64,000 nucleotides of DNA from a virus. The stretch lies in the IMG/VR virus record IMGVR_UViG_3300024346_000010. One strand, 5' to 3'. Shown here in pieces: positions 18,524 through 28,607 of the stretch. The notes under the pieces are model-generated. The model searched no databases, was not told the origin of the DNA, and saw only the letters and a program-made list of their open reading frames with translations. Numbering within the stretch: position 1 is the stretch's first letter; each line of letters begins with the position of its first letter. The position numbers were made by a program, and so were the translations under genes.

Positions 18524-20104
18524 ATGGCCGATAATTCGTTGAAACTTTTTGGGTTTGAGATTGCAAGATCTAAAACTAAAGAGAAAGAAGAAAAGAAACT
18601 GAAGTCTATTGTACCAACAGTAGATGAGGACGGAGCAGGATATGTTTCGGCCGCAGGTGCTCATTACGGTCAATATGTAGATTTAGATGGCGATAAGTCT
18701 AAAGACAACGCAACATTAATTCACAAATATCGTGGCGTGGCAATGCATCCTGAAGTTGATGCGGCTATCGAAGATATTGTGAATGAAGCGGTATCGGGTG
18801 GAGATGAGATTGCTGTTAGCCTTAATATGGATAACATTGAGGTCTCAAAGGGAATTAAAAGTAAAGTAATTGAAGAATTCGACCATATTTTGTATATGCT
18901 CAAATTTAATGATTTGGGTCATGATATTTTTAGAAAATGGTATGTTGATGGAAGATTAAACTTTCACGCTGTAGTTGATGAGTCAAACTTAAAGGCCGGT
19001 ATTCAAGATATTAGACCTATTGATTCCGCTAAAATGCGTAAAGTAAAAGAAGTTAAAAAGACAAAAGATCCTATTACAGGCGCAAGCTTAGTTGAAGGTT
19101 CTACGGAATACTACATTTATCAAGAAAAACCTGGAGAACAGAATAGCGGAATCAAATTAACAAAAGATTCAGTTGTTTACGTCACATCGGGTTTGCTAGA
19201 TGCTACTCAAAAGAAAGTAGTATCTTATATACATAAAGCTCTTAAACCAATTAATCAATTGCGGATGATGGAAGATTCTCTTGTAATCTATCGTCTAGCA
19301 AGAGCACCAGAACGCAGAATTTTCTATATCGATGTAGGCAATATGCCTAAGGGCAAATCTGAAGAGTATATGAAAGGTATCATGGCAAGATACCGTAATA
19401 AACTTGTATATGATGCTTCAACTGGTGAAGTTAAAGATGATCGTAAGCATATGTCTATGCTTGAGGATTTTTGGCTACCTCGTAAAGAGGGTGGAAGAGG
19501 AACTGAGATTAGTACTCTTCCGGGAGGTGAAAACCTCGGTCAGATTGATGATATTATTTATTTCCAAAAACGTCTTTATAGATCACTTAACGTTCCGATT
19601 GCTAGATTAGAACAGGAACAACAGTTTTCATTAGGAAGATCTACTGAAATTTCTAGAGATGAACTTAAGTTCCAAAAGTTTATTGATAGATTGCGTAAAC
19701 GTTTCTCTATGTTATTTAGAGAACTTCTTAAGAAACAACTTCTTCTTAAAAATATCATTACCGAAGATGATTGGGAAACCTGGTCAAATGATATTATTTT
19801 TGAATTTGCTAGAGATAACCATTTCTCAGAATTAAAAGATGCAGAAATGTTAAGAGAAAAACTACAATCTCTAGATCAAGTACAAAATTATGTTGGCGAG
19901 TACTTTTCTAAAGAGTGGGTAATGAAAAACATTCTTAAATTTGATGATGATGAAATTTCACTTATGACAAAGCAAATCAACAAAGAGATGCCTGAAAATG
20001 ATGAAGTTGAGGCTCACAACACTGAAGTTAATGACCAAATTCAAGCCGATCGAGATGCCGCTGCGGCTGACCGTGAAGCTAAAGCTGCAAAGTCAGCTCA
20101 ATAA
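18524..20104 (+). CDS. gp20: Portal protein gp20
   Basis: NQLRMMED...IYRLARAPERRIFYIDVGN; EDFWLPR.EGGRGTEI.TLPGG. Confidence 0.97.
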   Translation: MADNSLKLFGFEIARSKTKEKEEKKLKSIVPTVDEDGAGYVSAAGAHYGQYVDLDGDKSKDNATLIHKYRGVAMHPEVDAAIEDIVNEAVSGGDEIAVSLNMDNIEVSKGIKSKVIEEFDHILYMLKFNDLGHDIFRKWYVDGRLNFHAVVDESNLKAGIQDIRPIDSAKMRKVKEVKKTKDPITGASLVEGSTEYYIYQEKPGEQNSGIKLTKDSVVYVTSGLLDATQKKVVSYIHKALKPINQLRMMEDSLVIYRLARAPERRIFYIDVGNMPKGKSEEYMKGIMARYRNKLVYDASTGEVKDDRKHMSMLEDFWLPRKEGGRGTEISTLPGGENLGQIDDIIYFQKRLYRSLNVPIARLEQEQQFSLGRSTEISRDELKFQKFIDRLRKRFSMLFRELLKKQLLLKNIITEDDWETWSNDIIFEFARDNHFSELKDAEMLREKLQSLDQVQNYVGEYFSKEWVMKNILKFDDDEISLMTKQINKEMPENDEVEAHNTEVNDQIQADRDAAAADREAKAAKSAQ

Positions 20105-20142
20105 TAATTTATATATAATCACAGCGAAATACAGGAGTTATT

Positions 20143-20406
20143 ATGTCTGAAGTAGAAGAAAGAAATCCATTAGAGAATATGATTGACTTTGCATCAAACG
20201 CAGAGTTTAATAAAGCTAATGACGTTTTTGATGATGTTCTGAGACAAAAAGTATCAGATGCACTTGAACAAGAAAAGGTTGCATTATCACAAGAAATGTG
20301 GGGCAATGCATCTGCTGAACAAGAAGCTATGGAAGTTGATTTAGATATTACCGATGAAGATCTAGATGCAGCTGCTGAAGAATATGTTGAAGAAGACGAA
20401 GATTAA
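20143..20406 (+). CDS. Acidic prohead core protein (gp67 position)
   Basis: Small, very acidic ORF between the portal and protease genes. Confidence 0.6.
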   Translation: MSEVEERNPLENMIDFASNAEFNKANDVFDDVLRQKVSDALEQEKVALSQEMWGNASAEQEAMEVDLDITDEDLDAAAEEYVEEDED

Positions 20407-20423
20407 GTTAAAAGTTTAAAACA

Positions 20424-20431
20424 TATAAATA
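20424..20431 (+). promoter_or_regulatory. T4-type late promoter
   Basis: TATAAATA. Confidence 0.8.
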
Positions 20432-20455
20432 CATTAGAATATAAAAAGTGTATCC

Positions 20456-20671
20456 ATGAAAACATTTAGACAAATACGTGAAGCTAAAAATACTATGCCA
20501 CCTGGTGAGCACGTGTTTGACGCTAAAGTAAAAGGCTATAAGGTCATGGTGCATAAACAAAAGAATAAGTTTGTAGCTTATGTAGACAATGAGAAACTAG
20601 ACGAATATTCGTCACTCAATGACGCTAAAAGGGCTGCTAACGAGTTTATAAAAATGGCAGGGGCTAAGTAA
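20456..20671 (+). CDS. Small basic head-associated protein (gp68 position)
   Basis: N-terminal MKTFRQIRE resembles the T4 capsid-targeting/gp21-cleaved leader; synteny. Confidence 0.55.
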   Translation: MKTFRQIREAKNTMPPGEHVFDAKVKGYKVMVHKQKNKFVAYVDNEKLDEYSSLNDAKRAANEFIKMAGAK

Positions 20672-21327
20672 TGAAGCTTATTACAGAGTATACCGAGACA
20701 GACGTTCAATGTCTTGTTGAGAAAAAAGAAGACGGTTCGAAGAACTATGTCATTGAAGGTATCTTTGCCCAGGCTGAAGGTAAAAACAGAAATGGTCGCA
20801 TCTATCCAAAGAACGTTATGGAAGGTGCAGTAAACAAGTATTACACAGACCAAGTTAAAACTAAGCGCGCAGTTGGGGAACTAAATCATCCCGATGGTCC
20901 AACTGTAAACTTAGATAAAGTATCCCATCTTATCACAGACCTCAGAATTGAGGGAAATGATGTGATGGGTAAAGCACGTATTTTGGATACTCCAATGGGT
21001 CAAATTGTAAAAGGTTTGCTTGAGGGCGGTGTTCAACTAGGTGTTTCAACTCGTGGTATGGGAAGCCTTGAGAATAGAAACGGCGTTATGTATGTCAAAG
21101 AAGACTTTATGTTAAACACGATTGACATCGTCCAAGATCCATCTGCACCGAATGCTTTTGTTAATGGTATTATGGAAGGCGTAGACTGGGTATGGAATAA
21201 TGGCGTTATCGAATCTAGGGAAATTGAAAGAATAGAGACTGAAATTAAGAAAGCTCCGAGAACTGATCTTTATGAGACACAGGTTCGCGAGTTCAAGAAT
21301 TTCCTCTCGTTGATGAAAAACAAATAA
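20671..21327 (+). CDS. gp21: Prohead protease gp21
   Basis: NRNGRIYP, GELNHP, GVSTRGMGS, DIVQDPSAP. Confidence 0.96.
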   Translation: MKLITEYTETDVQCLVEKKEDGSKNYVIEGIFAQAEGKNRNGRIYPKNVMEGAVNKYYTDQVKTKRAVGELNHPDGPTVNLDKVSHLITDLRIEGNDVMGKARILDTPMGQIVKGLLEGGVQLGVSTRGMGSLENRNGVMYVKEDFMLNTIDIVQDPSAPNAFVNGIMEGVDWVWNNGVIESREIERIETEIKKAPRTDLYETQVREFKNFLSLMKNK

Positions 21328-21337
21328 GGAGTCAATT

Positions 21338-22276
21338 ATGACTGATCAAGTAAATCAGGATATTGAGCTCGATGATGACGAGAATGTTGTTGAGGCTCAC
21401 GATCCGAAAAATGCAGAAGATCAATCTGTTAAATCTGTAAAAGGCGCAGAAGCCGCAGGTAAAACAGCTCCAGCTCGCAAGGGTGACAAGAAAAACTCTG
21501 ATAAATCAGATCTAACAGCTACTGCTAAACCATCTGGTTTACAAGCTGAAGATTACGATTTCTCGGGCGATCTTGACGCACTTGTAAACGAAGAAGCTAC
21601 TCTTTCAGAGGGTTTCAGAAATAAAGCTGGTATAATCTTCGAAGCTGCACTTAAGTCTAAGTTAAGTGAAGAAGTTGAACGCATGGAAGCAAATTATGCT
21701 GAAGCGCTTCAAGAGGAAATCGAAACAACTAAAGCCGACCTAGTCGAAAAAGTTGATGGTTACCTAAACTACGTAGTTGAAAATTGGATGGAAGAAAACC
21801 GTCTTGCAATTCACAACGGTCTCCGTACTGAAATTGCAGAAGGTTTCATGGAAAAGCTTAAAGATCTCTTCACAGAATCTTATATTGAAGTTCCAGATTC
21901 CAAAGTCGACCTAGTTGACGATTTAGCTGAACAAGTTGCATCTCTTGAAGAGAAACTTGACGCAACTACAGCTAATGCAATCGAAATGGCAGAAGAGCTT
22001 AACTTGTATAAGCGCTACGACGTCATTCGTGAAGCCGCGCGCGGCCTCGCAGAAACAGAAATTGAAAAGCTAGCAAATCTAGCTGAAGATCTTGACTTTG
22101 AATCAGAAGAAGCTTTCGCTGCGAAAGTGAAAACTATCAAAGAATCATACTTCACTAAAAAATCATCTTCTGAATCTATCGCAGAATCATTTGAAGAAGA
22201 TACTGACGACGATACAGTCGAAGTTTCTGGCGCAATGGCTGCATATGTTAATGCAATTAAGAAAAACCAAAAATAA
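21338..22276 (+). CDS. gp22: Prohead core scaffold gp22
   Basis: Acidic coiled coil, IFEAAL, VD.YL.YVVE.W..EN; lies between gp21 and gp23. Confidence 0.92.
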   Translation: MTDQVNQDIELDDDENVVEAHDPKNAEDQSVKSVKGAEAAGKTAPARKGDKKNSDKSDLTATAKPSGLQAEDYDFSGDLDALVNEEATLSEGFRNKAGIIFEAALKSKLSEEVERMEANYAEALQEEIETTKADLVEKVDGYLNYVVENWMEENRLAIHNGLRTEIAEGFMEKLKDLFTESYIEVPDSKVDLVDDLAEQVASLEEKLDATTANAIEMAEELNLYKRYDVIREAARGLAETEIEKLANLAEDLDFESEEAFAAKVKTIKESYFTKKSSSESIAESFEEDTDDDTVEVSGAMAAYVNAIKKNQK

Positions 22277-22288
22277 GGAAATCCAATT

Positions 22289-23605
22289 ATGGAAACATAT
22301 GATCGTTTAACAGAGAAATGGGCTCCAGTTCTCAACGAAGGCGCAGACATCAAAGATGCTCACCGTCGTGCCGTAACGGCTGTTGTTCTTGAGAACCAAG
22401 AAAAAGAGTTTGCTTCACAAGCTGCTCAAAACAACATGCTCACAGAAGCTGCTCCAGGCAACAACACTGGTTCAGCGTCTAACTGGAACCCAGTTCTTAT
22501 CTCACTTGTTCGCCGCGCTATGCCGAACATGATGGCGTATGACGTTGCTGGTGTTCAGCCGATGACTGGCCCAACAGGCTTGATCTTCGCAATGAAATCA
22601 CGCTACGGTGCTGGTTCAACTGGTTCGACTGAAGCTCTCTTCAACGAAGCAAACACAGCATTCTCAGGTGACTCATCTGTAACACAAACTGGCGGTCCAT
22701 CAGGTCTTGCTGGTCTTACAGACGCTGGCGCAGATAGCTCGATCGACAACGACCGTACAGGTCCATCGGTTGCTTCTGGTATGCCAACTGCAGATGCTGA
22801 AGCACTTGGTTCAACAGGTGGTTCGTCTTTCAATGAAATGGGTTTCACCATCGAAAAAGCGACCGTGACTGCGAAATCACGCGCGTTGAAAGCTGAGTAC
22901 AGCCTTGAGCTTGCACAAGACCTTAAAGCGATTCACGGTCTTGACGCTGAAACAGAGCTTGCGAACATCCTTTCAACTGAGATCCTTGCGGAAATCAACC
23001 GTGAAGTTATTCGCACAATCAATAGCCAAGCTAAGACTGGTGCTTCTACTGCAAACACAGCAATCAACGGTATCTTTGACCTTTCAACAGATGCTGATGG
23101 TCGTTGGAGCGTAGAGAAGATCAAAGGTCTTATTCTTCAGCTCGAGCGTGAAGCGAACGTAATCGCAAAAGAAACACGTCGTGGTAAAGGTAACTTTGCT
23201 ATCGTGTCTTCAGACGTAGCTTCTGCACTTGCAGCTTCAGGTATGCTTGACTATGCTCCTGCAATGTCAACTGCTCTTAACGTAGACGACACAGGCAACA
23301 CATTCGCTGGTGTACTTAACGGTCGCATGAAGATCTACATCGACCCATATGCTGCTACAGACTACATCAACGTTGGTTATAAGGGCACAAACCCATATGA
23401 CGCCGGTGTGTTCTACTGCCCATATGTACCGCTTACAATGGTTCGCGCCGTTTCTGAGGACACGTTCCAGCCTAAAATTGGTTTCAAGACACGCTACGGC
23501 ATGGCTTCTAACCCATTCGTTGGTTCAACTCCTGCTGATGGTCTTGCAACTGCTAAGACTAACCAGTACTACAGAATCTTCCGCGTGGATAATATCCTGG
23601 CGTAA
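22289..23605 (+). CDS. gp23: Major capsid protein gp23
   Basis: GVQPMTGPTGLIFA, KSRALKAEY, ELAQDLKAIHGLDAE, FQPKIGFKTRYG. Confidence 0.98.
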   Translation: METYDRLTEKWAPVLNEGADIKDAHRRAVTAVVLENQEKEFASQAAQNNMLTEAAPGNNTGSASNWNPVLISLVRRAMPNMMAYDVAGVQPMTGPTGLIFAMKSRYGAGSTGSTEALFNEANTAFSGDSSVTQTGGPSGLAGLTDAGADSSIDNDRTGPSVASGMPTADAEALGSTGGSSFNEMGFTIEKATVTAKSRALKAEYSLELAQDLKAIHGLDAETELANILSTEILAEINREVIRTINSQAKTGASTANTAINGIFDLSTDADGRWSVEKIKGLILQLEREANVIAKETRRGKGNFAIVSSDVASALAASGMLDYAPAMSTALNVDDTGNTFAGVLNGRMKIYIDPYAATDYINVGYKGTNPYDAGVFYCPYVPLTMVRAVSEDTFQPKIGFKTRYGMASNPFVGSTPADGLATAKTNQYYRIFRVDNILA

Positions 23606-23612
23606 GTCATAT

Positions 23613-23640
23613 AAAAAAGGGAGGGGAACCAACCCCTCCC
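23613..23640 (-). terminator. Rho-independent terminator for the minus-strand cassette
   Basis: A6 followed by gggagggg-aaccaa-cccctccc, i.e. hairpin plus U-tract on the minus strand. Confidence 0.7.
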
Positions 23641-23645
23641 AACTT

Positions 23646-23677
23646 AAGGAGCACTGGAGGACGGTGCTCCTTTTTTT
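23646..23677 (+). terminator. Rho-independent terminator after gp23
   Basis: ggagcactg-loop-cggtgctcc followed by T7. Confidence 0.85.
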
Positions 23678-23972
23678 ATGCGATCCTCCAAGGATCTAGA
23701 TCTTCAGTAACCAAACTTTCAGATCCATCGTATTCGTCAATGCGAAACTTAGTCCCTTCCGGCACCCAACGAATAACAACATCGTAAGCACCGTTGGCGT
23801 AACCCAAACCCAATTGCTCACAGAGATCTGCGGCTTTTTTATACTCTTCATCCAGAAACAGCTGGTTGAACCGAGCATCCATAGGATCAACATCATTCCA
23901 GGTTGACCAACCAGCGCCGAAGCCAGACGATACTGCCACTGCTACCATTTCATCACGAACAATCTTTTCCAT
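23676..23972 (-). CDS. Hypothetical phage protein
   Basis: S.GFGAGWSTW ... FRIDEYDGSE pattern; SD ggag before ATG 23972. Confidence 0.7.
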   Translation of the reverse strand: MEKIVRDEMVAVAVSSGFGAGWSTWNDVDPMDARFNQLFLDEEYKKAADLCEQLGLGYANGAYDVVIRWVPEGTKFRIDEYDGSESLVTEDLDPWRIA

Positions 23973-23986
23973 TTTATATCTCCATT

Positions 23987-24196
23987 TCAATCAGTGTATT
24001 GACTAGGAACTGCACTTGCATCCCAAACATATTTGTTATAAGTTGGATCATCAACGACTACCACATCGTCAGGACCAACCTCAGTCCAAACCCGGTCGTC
24101 CATCCACCTGTGGTAGTATGCAGGACCACCCCAAACGCGTCGTGCACGTTCGTAAGTGGCCTGATCCATACCTACATAGTGGATAGTGCGATTCAT
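23987..24196 (-). CDS. Hypothetical protein
   Basis: Tightly packed minus-strand operon. Confidence 0.6.
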   Translation of the reverse strand: MNRTIHYVGMDQATYERARRVWGGPAYYHRWMDDRVWTEVGPDDVVVVDDPTYNKYVWDASAVPSQYTD

Positions 24197-24435
24197 TAAA
24201 AATCTTCCCAGTTCATCTTCATGCCTACGTTCATTTCTGCGTTACGCTTAGCCGATTCGAAATCTACGAAAGGACCAGCAGAAGTGAAGTCATCCAAGAG
24301 GCGGCCTTCAGGTGTATAAACCATCCAGTGATTACGATCAAAATTGATGGTATCAACAAACCGTTCAATGCGCACCTCTTTGATCGAGTTGGTGGCGATT
24401 GCGATGATTTCGTTAATAGCGTTGAACTGCATCAT
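24196..24435 (-). CDS. Hypothetical protein
   Basis: SD aaggag; stop overlaps the next start. Confidence 0.65.
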   Translation of the reverse strand: MMQFNAINEIIAIATNSIKEVRIERFVDTINFDRNHWMVYTPEGRLLDDFTSAGPFVDFESAKRNAEMNVGMKMNWEDF

Positions 24436-24448
24436 AGCGTATATCTCC

Positions 24449-24643
24449 TTAGTTAGTTACTGGGAAGTTGTGAAAGTGGACGCCAGCTTGTAATGCTTCT
24501 TCTCCAATGAAGATTGGATAAAAACGGCCTTCTTCTGTTACAGACACCACATAGCGACATTCTTCGAATTTTTCAACTGCTTTTTTGAGGTTCTTGATGG
24601 TTGAGTATGATTTGATGTAGCGAGTATCGAATGTGATTTGCAT
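24449..24643 (-). CDS. Hypothetical protein (early)
   Basis: SD aaggag before ATG 24643; promoter upstream. Confidence 0.65.
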   Translation of the reverse strand: MQITFDTRYIKSYSTIKNLKKAVEKFEECRYVVSVTEEGRFYPIFIGEEALQAGVHFHNFPVTN

Positions 24644-24667
24644 TGTGTATCTCCTTTTGATGTATTC

Positions 24668-24696
24668 TTTATACGAATAAACCAAACCCATGTAAA
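24668..24696 (-). promoter_or_regulatory. Sigma70-type early promoter for the minus-strand cassette
   Basis: TTTACA-N17-TATAAA on the minus strand, with two A7 tracts upstream (24707-24728). Confidence 0.75.
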
Positions 24697-24729
24697 CAGC
24701 TAATTTAGATTTTTTTCAGATTTTTTTCA

Positions 24730-24737
24730 TATAAATA
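24730..24737 (+). promoter_or_regulatory. T4-type late promoter
   Basis: TATAAATA upstream of the gp3-like gene. Confidence 0.8.
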
Positions 24738-24761
24738 CACGTAAGCAACAGAGGATTAGTT

Positions 24762-25274
24762 ATGGCTACCACAGAATCTACATTAGAATCCCAGAACTTC
24801 TTACAACCTAATGGGTTTAAACTTGTAATTTTAAGGAAGCGTTTCAAGAACTTAGAGTTCTTTGCGCAATCAGTCCAGCATCCAGATGTATCAGTAGCGC
24901 CTACGATTGTACAATTCCGTGGAACAAACTTACTAACTCCAGGAGACAAAATTGAATATGGTCAATTGACTGTAGATGCTATTGTAGATGAGAATATGAA
25001 TGTATACAAAGAAATGCTCAATTGGGTCAAATCTGGCGCTACTATGAAAAACAAGTTAGCAAGCGGAGTTAGAGACGCCGATGAAGATTTGCCGATGTAT
25101 GATATCACGCTATCAGTCTTGAGTAGCCATAATAATCAGATAGATAAGATTGTATATCAGGGAGCATTCCCGATCAACGTAGGAACTATCAACTTCCAAT
25201 CTACGGTTGATAATGTACAGTACATCACATTCCCAGTCACGTTTGCTTATACGACATTTACAATCACTGACTAA
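24762..25274 (+). CDS. gp3: Tail tube terminator / tail completion protein (gp3-like)
   Basis: NFLQP.GF...EFF.QSV..P...PGDKIEY..L.....VDE; synteny before uvsY. Confidence 0.8.
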   Translation: MATTESTLESQNFLQPNGFKLVILRKRFKNLEFFAQSVQHPDVSVAPTIVQFRGTNLLTPGDKIEYGQLTVDAIVDENMNVYKEMLNWVKSGATMKNKLASGVRDADEDLPMYDITLSVLSSHNNQIDKIVYQGAFPINVGTINFQSTVDNVQYITFPVTFAYTTFTITD

Positions 25275-25285
25275 TTTGATATAAT
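25257..25285 (+). promoter_or_regulatory. Sigma70-type early/middle promoter of uvsY
   Basis: TTTACA-N17-TATAAT. Confidence 0.75.
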
Positions 25286-25310
25286 GCTATAAAAGCATTA
25301 GGAGTATACT

Positions 25311-25757
25311 ATGAAATACCTTGAACCAGTTATTACTATGTGGGAAAAAGACTGTATTATCAATAATGCGTCATTAGATGAGGCATCTAGGCAGACACCT
25401 ATGCTTCATGCAAAATACCTTCCCATGCACGCTGAAGCTAAAATGATGCTTCGTCGAGCACAAATGTCGCAAAAAACTCTATTGAAAGACAAGTGGCTTT
25501 ACTATAACGGTAAAATGACTAAAGAAGAAATTGAAGCTAAAGGCTGGGAATTTGATCCGTTTAAAGGACTTAAAGTTCTTAAAGGGGAAATGGATTACTA
25601 CTATGATGCTGATACTGATATTCAGAAATCAGAAGACGAAATTCAGCAATTAAAAGTGTTAGTAGAGACACTACAGGAAATTGTAGATAATATAAAATGG
25701 CGCCACCAAACCATAGGTAATATGATTAAGTGGCGCATGTTTGAAGCTGGGGGTTAA
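25311..25757 (+). CDS. uvsY: Recombination mediator UvsY
   Basis: WEKDC.I...P.LHAKYL...KWLYY.GK...D.D...I.NMI.WR.FEAG. Confidence 0.88.
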   Translation: MKYLEPVITMWEKDCIINNASLDEASRQTPMLHAKYLPMHAEAKMMLRRAQMSQKTLLKDKWLYYNGKMTKEEIEAKGWEFDPFKGLKVLKGEMDYYYDADTDIQKSEDEIQQLKVLVETLQEIVDNIKWRHQTIGNMIKWRMFEAGG

Positions 25758-26122
25758 ACCTGTTCCGCAAAATAATACTTACTTAAGTACTCGTGGTTTT
25801 GCTGTAGGTTTGCGTAGTTTACACAACTAGAATATTCATACCACTGATCAAAACTTTCCCAAGTTCTGGTAACAGTGTATTCTTTTGTCACATCATCAAA
25901 AGATTCAGTTTTATTACTTCTGGCTGCAATGAAGCCGGCCTCTTTTTCATTCCAACCAGGGATATTGGCAGCTCTTAACAGTTCGATATAATAATCTTCA
26001 CCCCTTTCGCCATTAGCGCCCTGTTGTAATACATGTGCTTTGAACTCTTCTATAGTCGAGTGGGGAATTTCATCCACATACTGGGGTTTGATTCTAAATA
26101 TTTTAGTTACGGCATAAGTCAT
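25754..26122 (-). CDS. Hypothetical protein, late-expressed
   Basis: SD aaggag; TATAAATA on the minus strand at 26140-26147. Confidence 0.7.
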   Translation of the reverse strand: MTYAVTKIFRIKPQYVDEIPHSTIEEFKAHVLQQGANGERGEDYYIELLRAANIPGWNEKEAGFIAARSNKTESFDDVTKEYTVTRTWESFDQWYEYSSCVNYANLQQNHEYLSKYYFAEQV

Positions 26123-26142
26123 TAATTTCTCCTTTTATATAT

Positions 26143-27030
26143 TTATAGTCTTTGCAAATCTAATGTTACGCAGTGGTGACCACCCATAAACATTTTTGCA
26201 TGCGGCAAATTAACGCCTATTGTTTCTATTCCATATTTATCAAATTTTTTTCTTAGAATGGTCTGATTAGAATCGCAGAATATAGTATTTTCATCATAGC
26301 TTAAAACATTCATTCCTATCCAATTACTAGTCATATGATCCCAACCCTTCGGTTGAATCAAGTCTTCTTGTTTTATCCAAATCTTATCCCAAGATTTCAT
26401 AAAATCTGGTAACTGATATTCTTTAATTCTTTCTGAATTTAACATGACTAAACCATCTCTAAGAGGAACTATAGTACTATCTAGATGCATTCCCTGATAT
26501 ACTGCATTTAGTCGATGCACAATATATTCTGGTCCCAAATAATTTTCTAGCCAATCCGCTCCAGCTTCATTTCCAGAATAGCTTATTAGATATAAAATAT
26601 CCTTTCCGCATCTAATTATATTGGCAGCATCAAATACTGCCGCTGGATCATCAACAGTTGTGACATTGTCTCCTAAAGCAGCGCGGATCGCTTTCCATTC
26701 AATTCGGCGATTTGGCCATACAGTAGGCGTAAGAATTACTTTATCGCCAATAACTAATGTGGTATCTCTAGGGCAATAACATCCAAAACCGTCTTCTTTT
26801 ACATAATCAATAGGCTTTGGTCTAATAACCTCTACTCCTAATTTTTCTAATTCAGCTTGAAATAAATTTAAAGCTTCTTGAGTTTCATGTATGGCGATTG
26901 GAGACGCAGGACCAATAGGTGCCTCATCCCAAGTAGAGTATTCTGGATCATTTTTTGGAAAATTAAAATTTTCGGCTGAACCAAGTATTACTCTTTTTAA
27001 CCGTGACCATTCGTTATCGCTACGGATCAT
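26143..27030 (-). CDS. Amidinotransferase (glycine/inosamine-phosphate amidinotransferase family)
   Basis: NEWSRLKRVILG, CPRD, FDAAN, HLDST and C-terminal GGHHCVTLDLQR with catalytic Cys; SD before ATG 27030. Confidence 0.88.
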   Translation of the reverse strand: MIRSDNEWSRLKRVILGSAENFNFPKNDPEYSTWDEAPIGPASPIAIHETQEALNLFQAELEKLGVEVIRPKPIDYVKEDGFGCYCPRDTTLVIGDKVILTPTVWPNRRIEWKAIRAALGDNVTTVDDPAAVFDAANIIRCGKDILYLISYSGNEAGADWLENYLGPEYIVHRLNAVYQGMHLDSTIVPLRDGLVMLNSERIKEYQLPDFMKSWDKIWIKQEDLIQPKGWDHMTSNWIGMNVLSYDENTIFCDSNQTILRKKFDKYGIETIGVNLPHAKMFMGGHHCVTLDLQRL

Positions 27031-27086
27031 ATTATCTCCTATTTCCAACATATATATCTATGAATATAATTTAATAGAGTATTGTT

Positions 27087-28589
27087 ATGGAAATCATTAA
27101 AGTTAAAAATAAAAACCACTCTTTTATGGAAATTACCTGCGATTATGGTATTGCCAATGAGCTTACTGATTTCTTTTCATTTTTTGTGCCTGGCTATAAA
27201 TTTATGCCGGCGTACAAAAATAAAGTCTGGGACGGTAAGATCCGACTATTTAATATTCATAAAATGGAACTACCTGTTGGATTATTTCCATTCTTAGCTG
27301 AATTCTCCAAACCTAGAAAATATACTATTGAAGTAGAACATAATAATTTTTATGGTCGACCGGATAGTCAAATAGATATTGATCCAAATGAAATTAAAGC
27401 ATTTGTTGATAGACTAGAGTTACAATCAAGAGGTAAACCAATTGAAATACGAGACTACCAATTTGACGCAGTTTGCGAAGGACTCCACAGAAAAAGAGCA
27501 GTACTTATTTCACCAACGGGCTCTGGCAAGTCTCTTATCATCTACACACTCGTCCAAAGATATTTACTTTCTCTTAGGAAGGCAAACAGGAAAGTCTTGG
27601 TTATTGTACCAACGACTTCGCTGGTTGAGCAAATGTATAACGACTTCGCAGATTATGGAATGCCTGTCGAAGACTGCGTCCACAGGATTTATTCTGGACG
27701 AGATAAAGAGACCGATAAAGAAATTATCATTTCAACCTGGCAGTCAATTTACAAACTGCCACCGAAATGGTTTGAACAATTCGGTGCTGTCATTGGTGAC
27801 GAATGTCATGGCTTTAAATCAAAGTCTCTCACCACTATTATGGATAAATGCAAAGAAGCCGAATATCGTTGGGGAACAACAGGTACACTTGACGGTTCTC
27901 AAACCCATGAACTCGTATTACAAGGGCTTTTTGGGAAGATATATAATGTAACAACAACAAAGAAACTTCAAGATGAAGATACACTTGCTAAACTCAAGAT
28001 CTCTATACTTTTACTCAAATATGATGAAGAGATCCGTCGAAATTGGGGTAAACAAGATTATCAAGCTGAACTGGATTTCATTGTTCGAAACGAGTCTCGT
28101 AATAAGCTCATTTCTAATCTCGCTTTGGATCTTGATGGCAATACTCTCGTACTATTTAATTTTGTAGAAAAACATGGTAAACCTTTGTTTGAAATGATTC
28201 GAGACAAAGCCCATGAAAACAGAAAAATCTTTTTTGTATCTGGTGAAACCGCCACGAGTGACCGTGAAGCAATTCGTAAGATCGTAGAAGGACAAAAGAA
28301 TGCTATCATTGTTGCTAGTCTTGGCACTTTCTCCACTGGGATTAATATTAGGAATTTGCATAATATCGTATTTGCATCCCCATCCAAGTCTCAAATCAGA
28401 GTTCTCCAATCAATTGGACGAGGACTCAGAAAATCAGACGACGGATCTATAGCACAACTTTACGATATTGCTGATGACTTACATTGGGGACATAGGAAGA
28501 ATTACACATTAGAACACTCAGCAGAACGTGTTAAGATGTATGCTAAACAAGAATTTGACTACAAAATTTACGAGATAGATATAAAGTAA
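27087..28589 (+). CDS. uvsW: SF2 DNA/RNA helicase UvsW
   Basis: PTGSGKS, DECH, TGT, QSIGRGLR; synteny. Confidence 0.95.
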   Translation: MEIIKVKNKNHSFMEITCDYGIANELTDFFSFFVPGYKFMPAYKNKVWDGKIRLFNIHKMELPVGLFPFLAEFSKPRKYTIEVEHNNFYGRPDSQIDIDPNEIKAFVDRLELQSRGKPIEIRDYQFDAVCEGLHRKRAVLISPTGSGKSLIIYTLVQRYLLSLRKANRKVLVIVPTTSLVEQMYNDFADYGMPVEDCVHRIYSGRDKETDKEIIISTWQSIYKLPPKWFEQFGAVIGDECHGFKSKSLTTIMDKCKEAEYRWGTTGTLDGSQTHELVLQGLFGKIYNVTTTKKLQDEDTLAKLKISILLLKYDEEIRRNWGKQDYQAELDFIVRNESRNKLISNLALDLDGNTLVLFNFVEKHGKPLFEMIRDKAHENRKIFFVSGETATSDREAIRKIVEGQKNAIIVASLGTFSTGINIRNLHNIVFASPSKSQIRVLQSIGRGLRKSDDGSIAQLYDIADDLHWGHRKNYTLEHSAERVKMYAKQEFDYKIYEIDIK

Positions 28590-28607
28590 TCAACAGGAAA
28601 ATAATTA

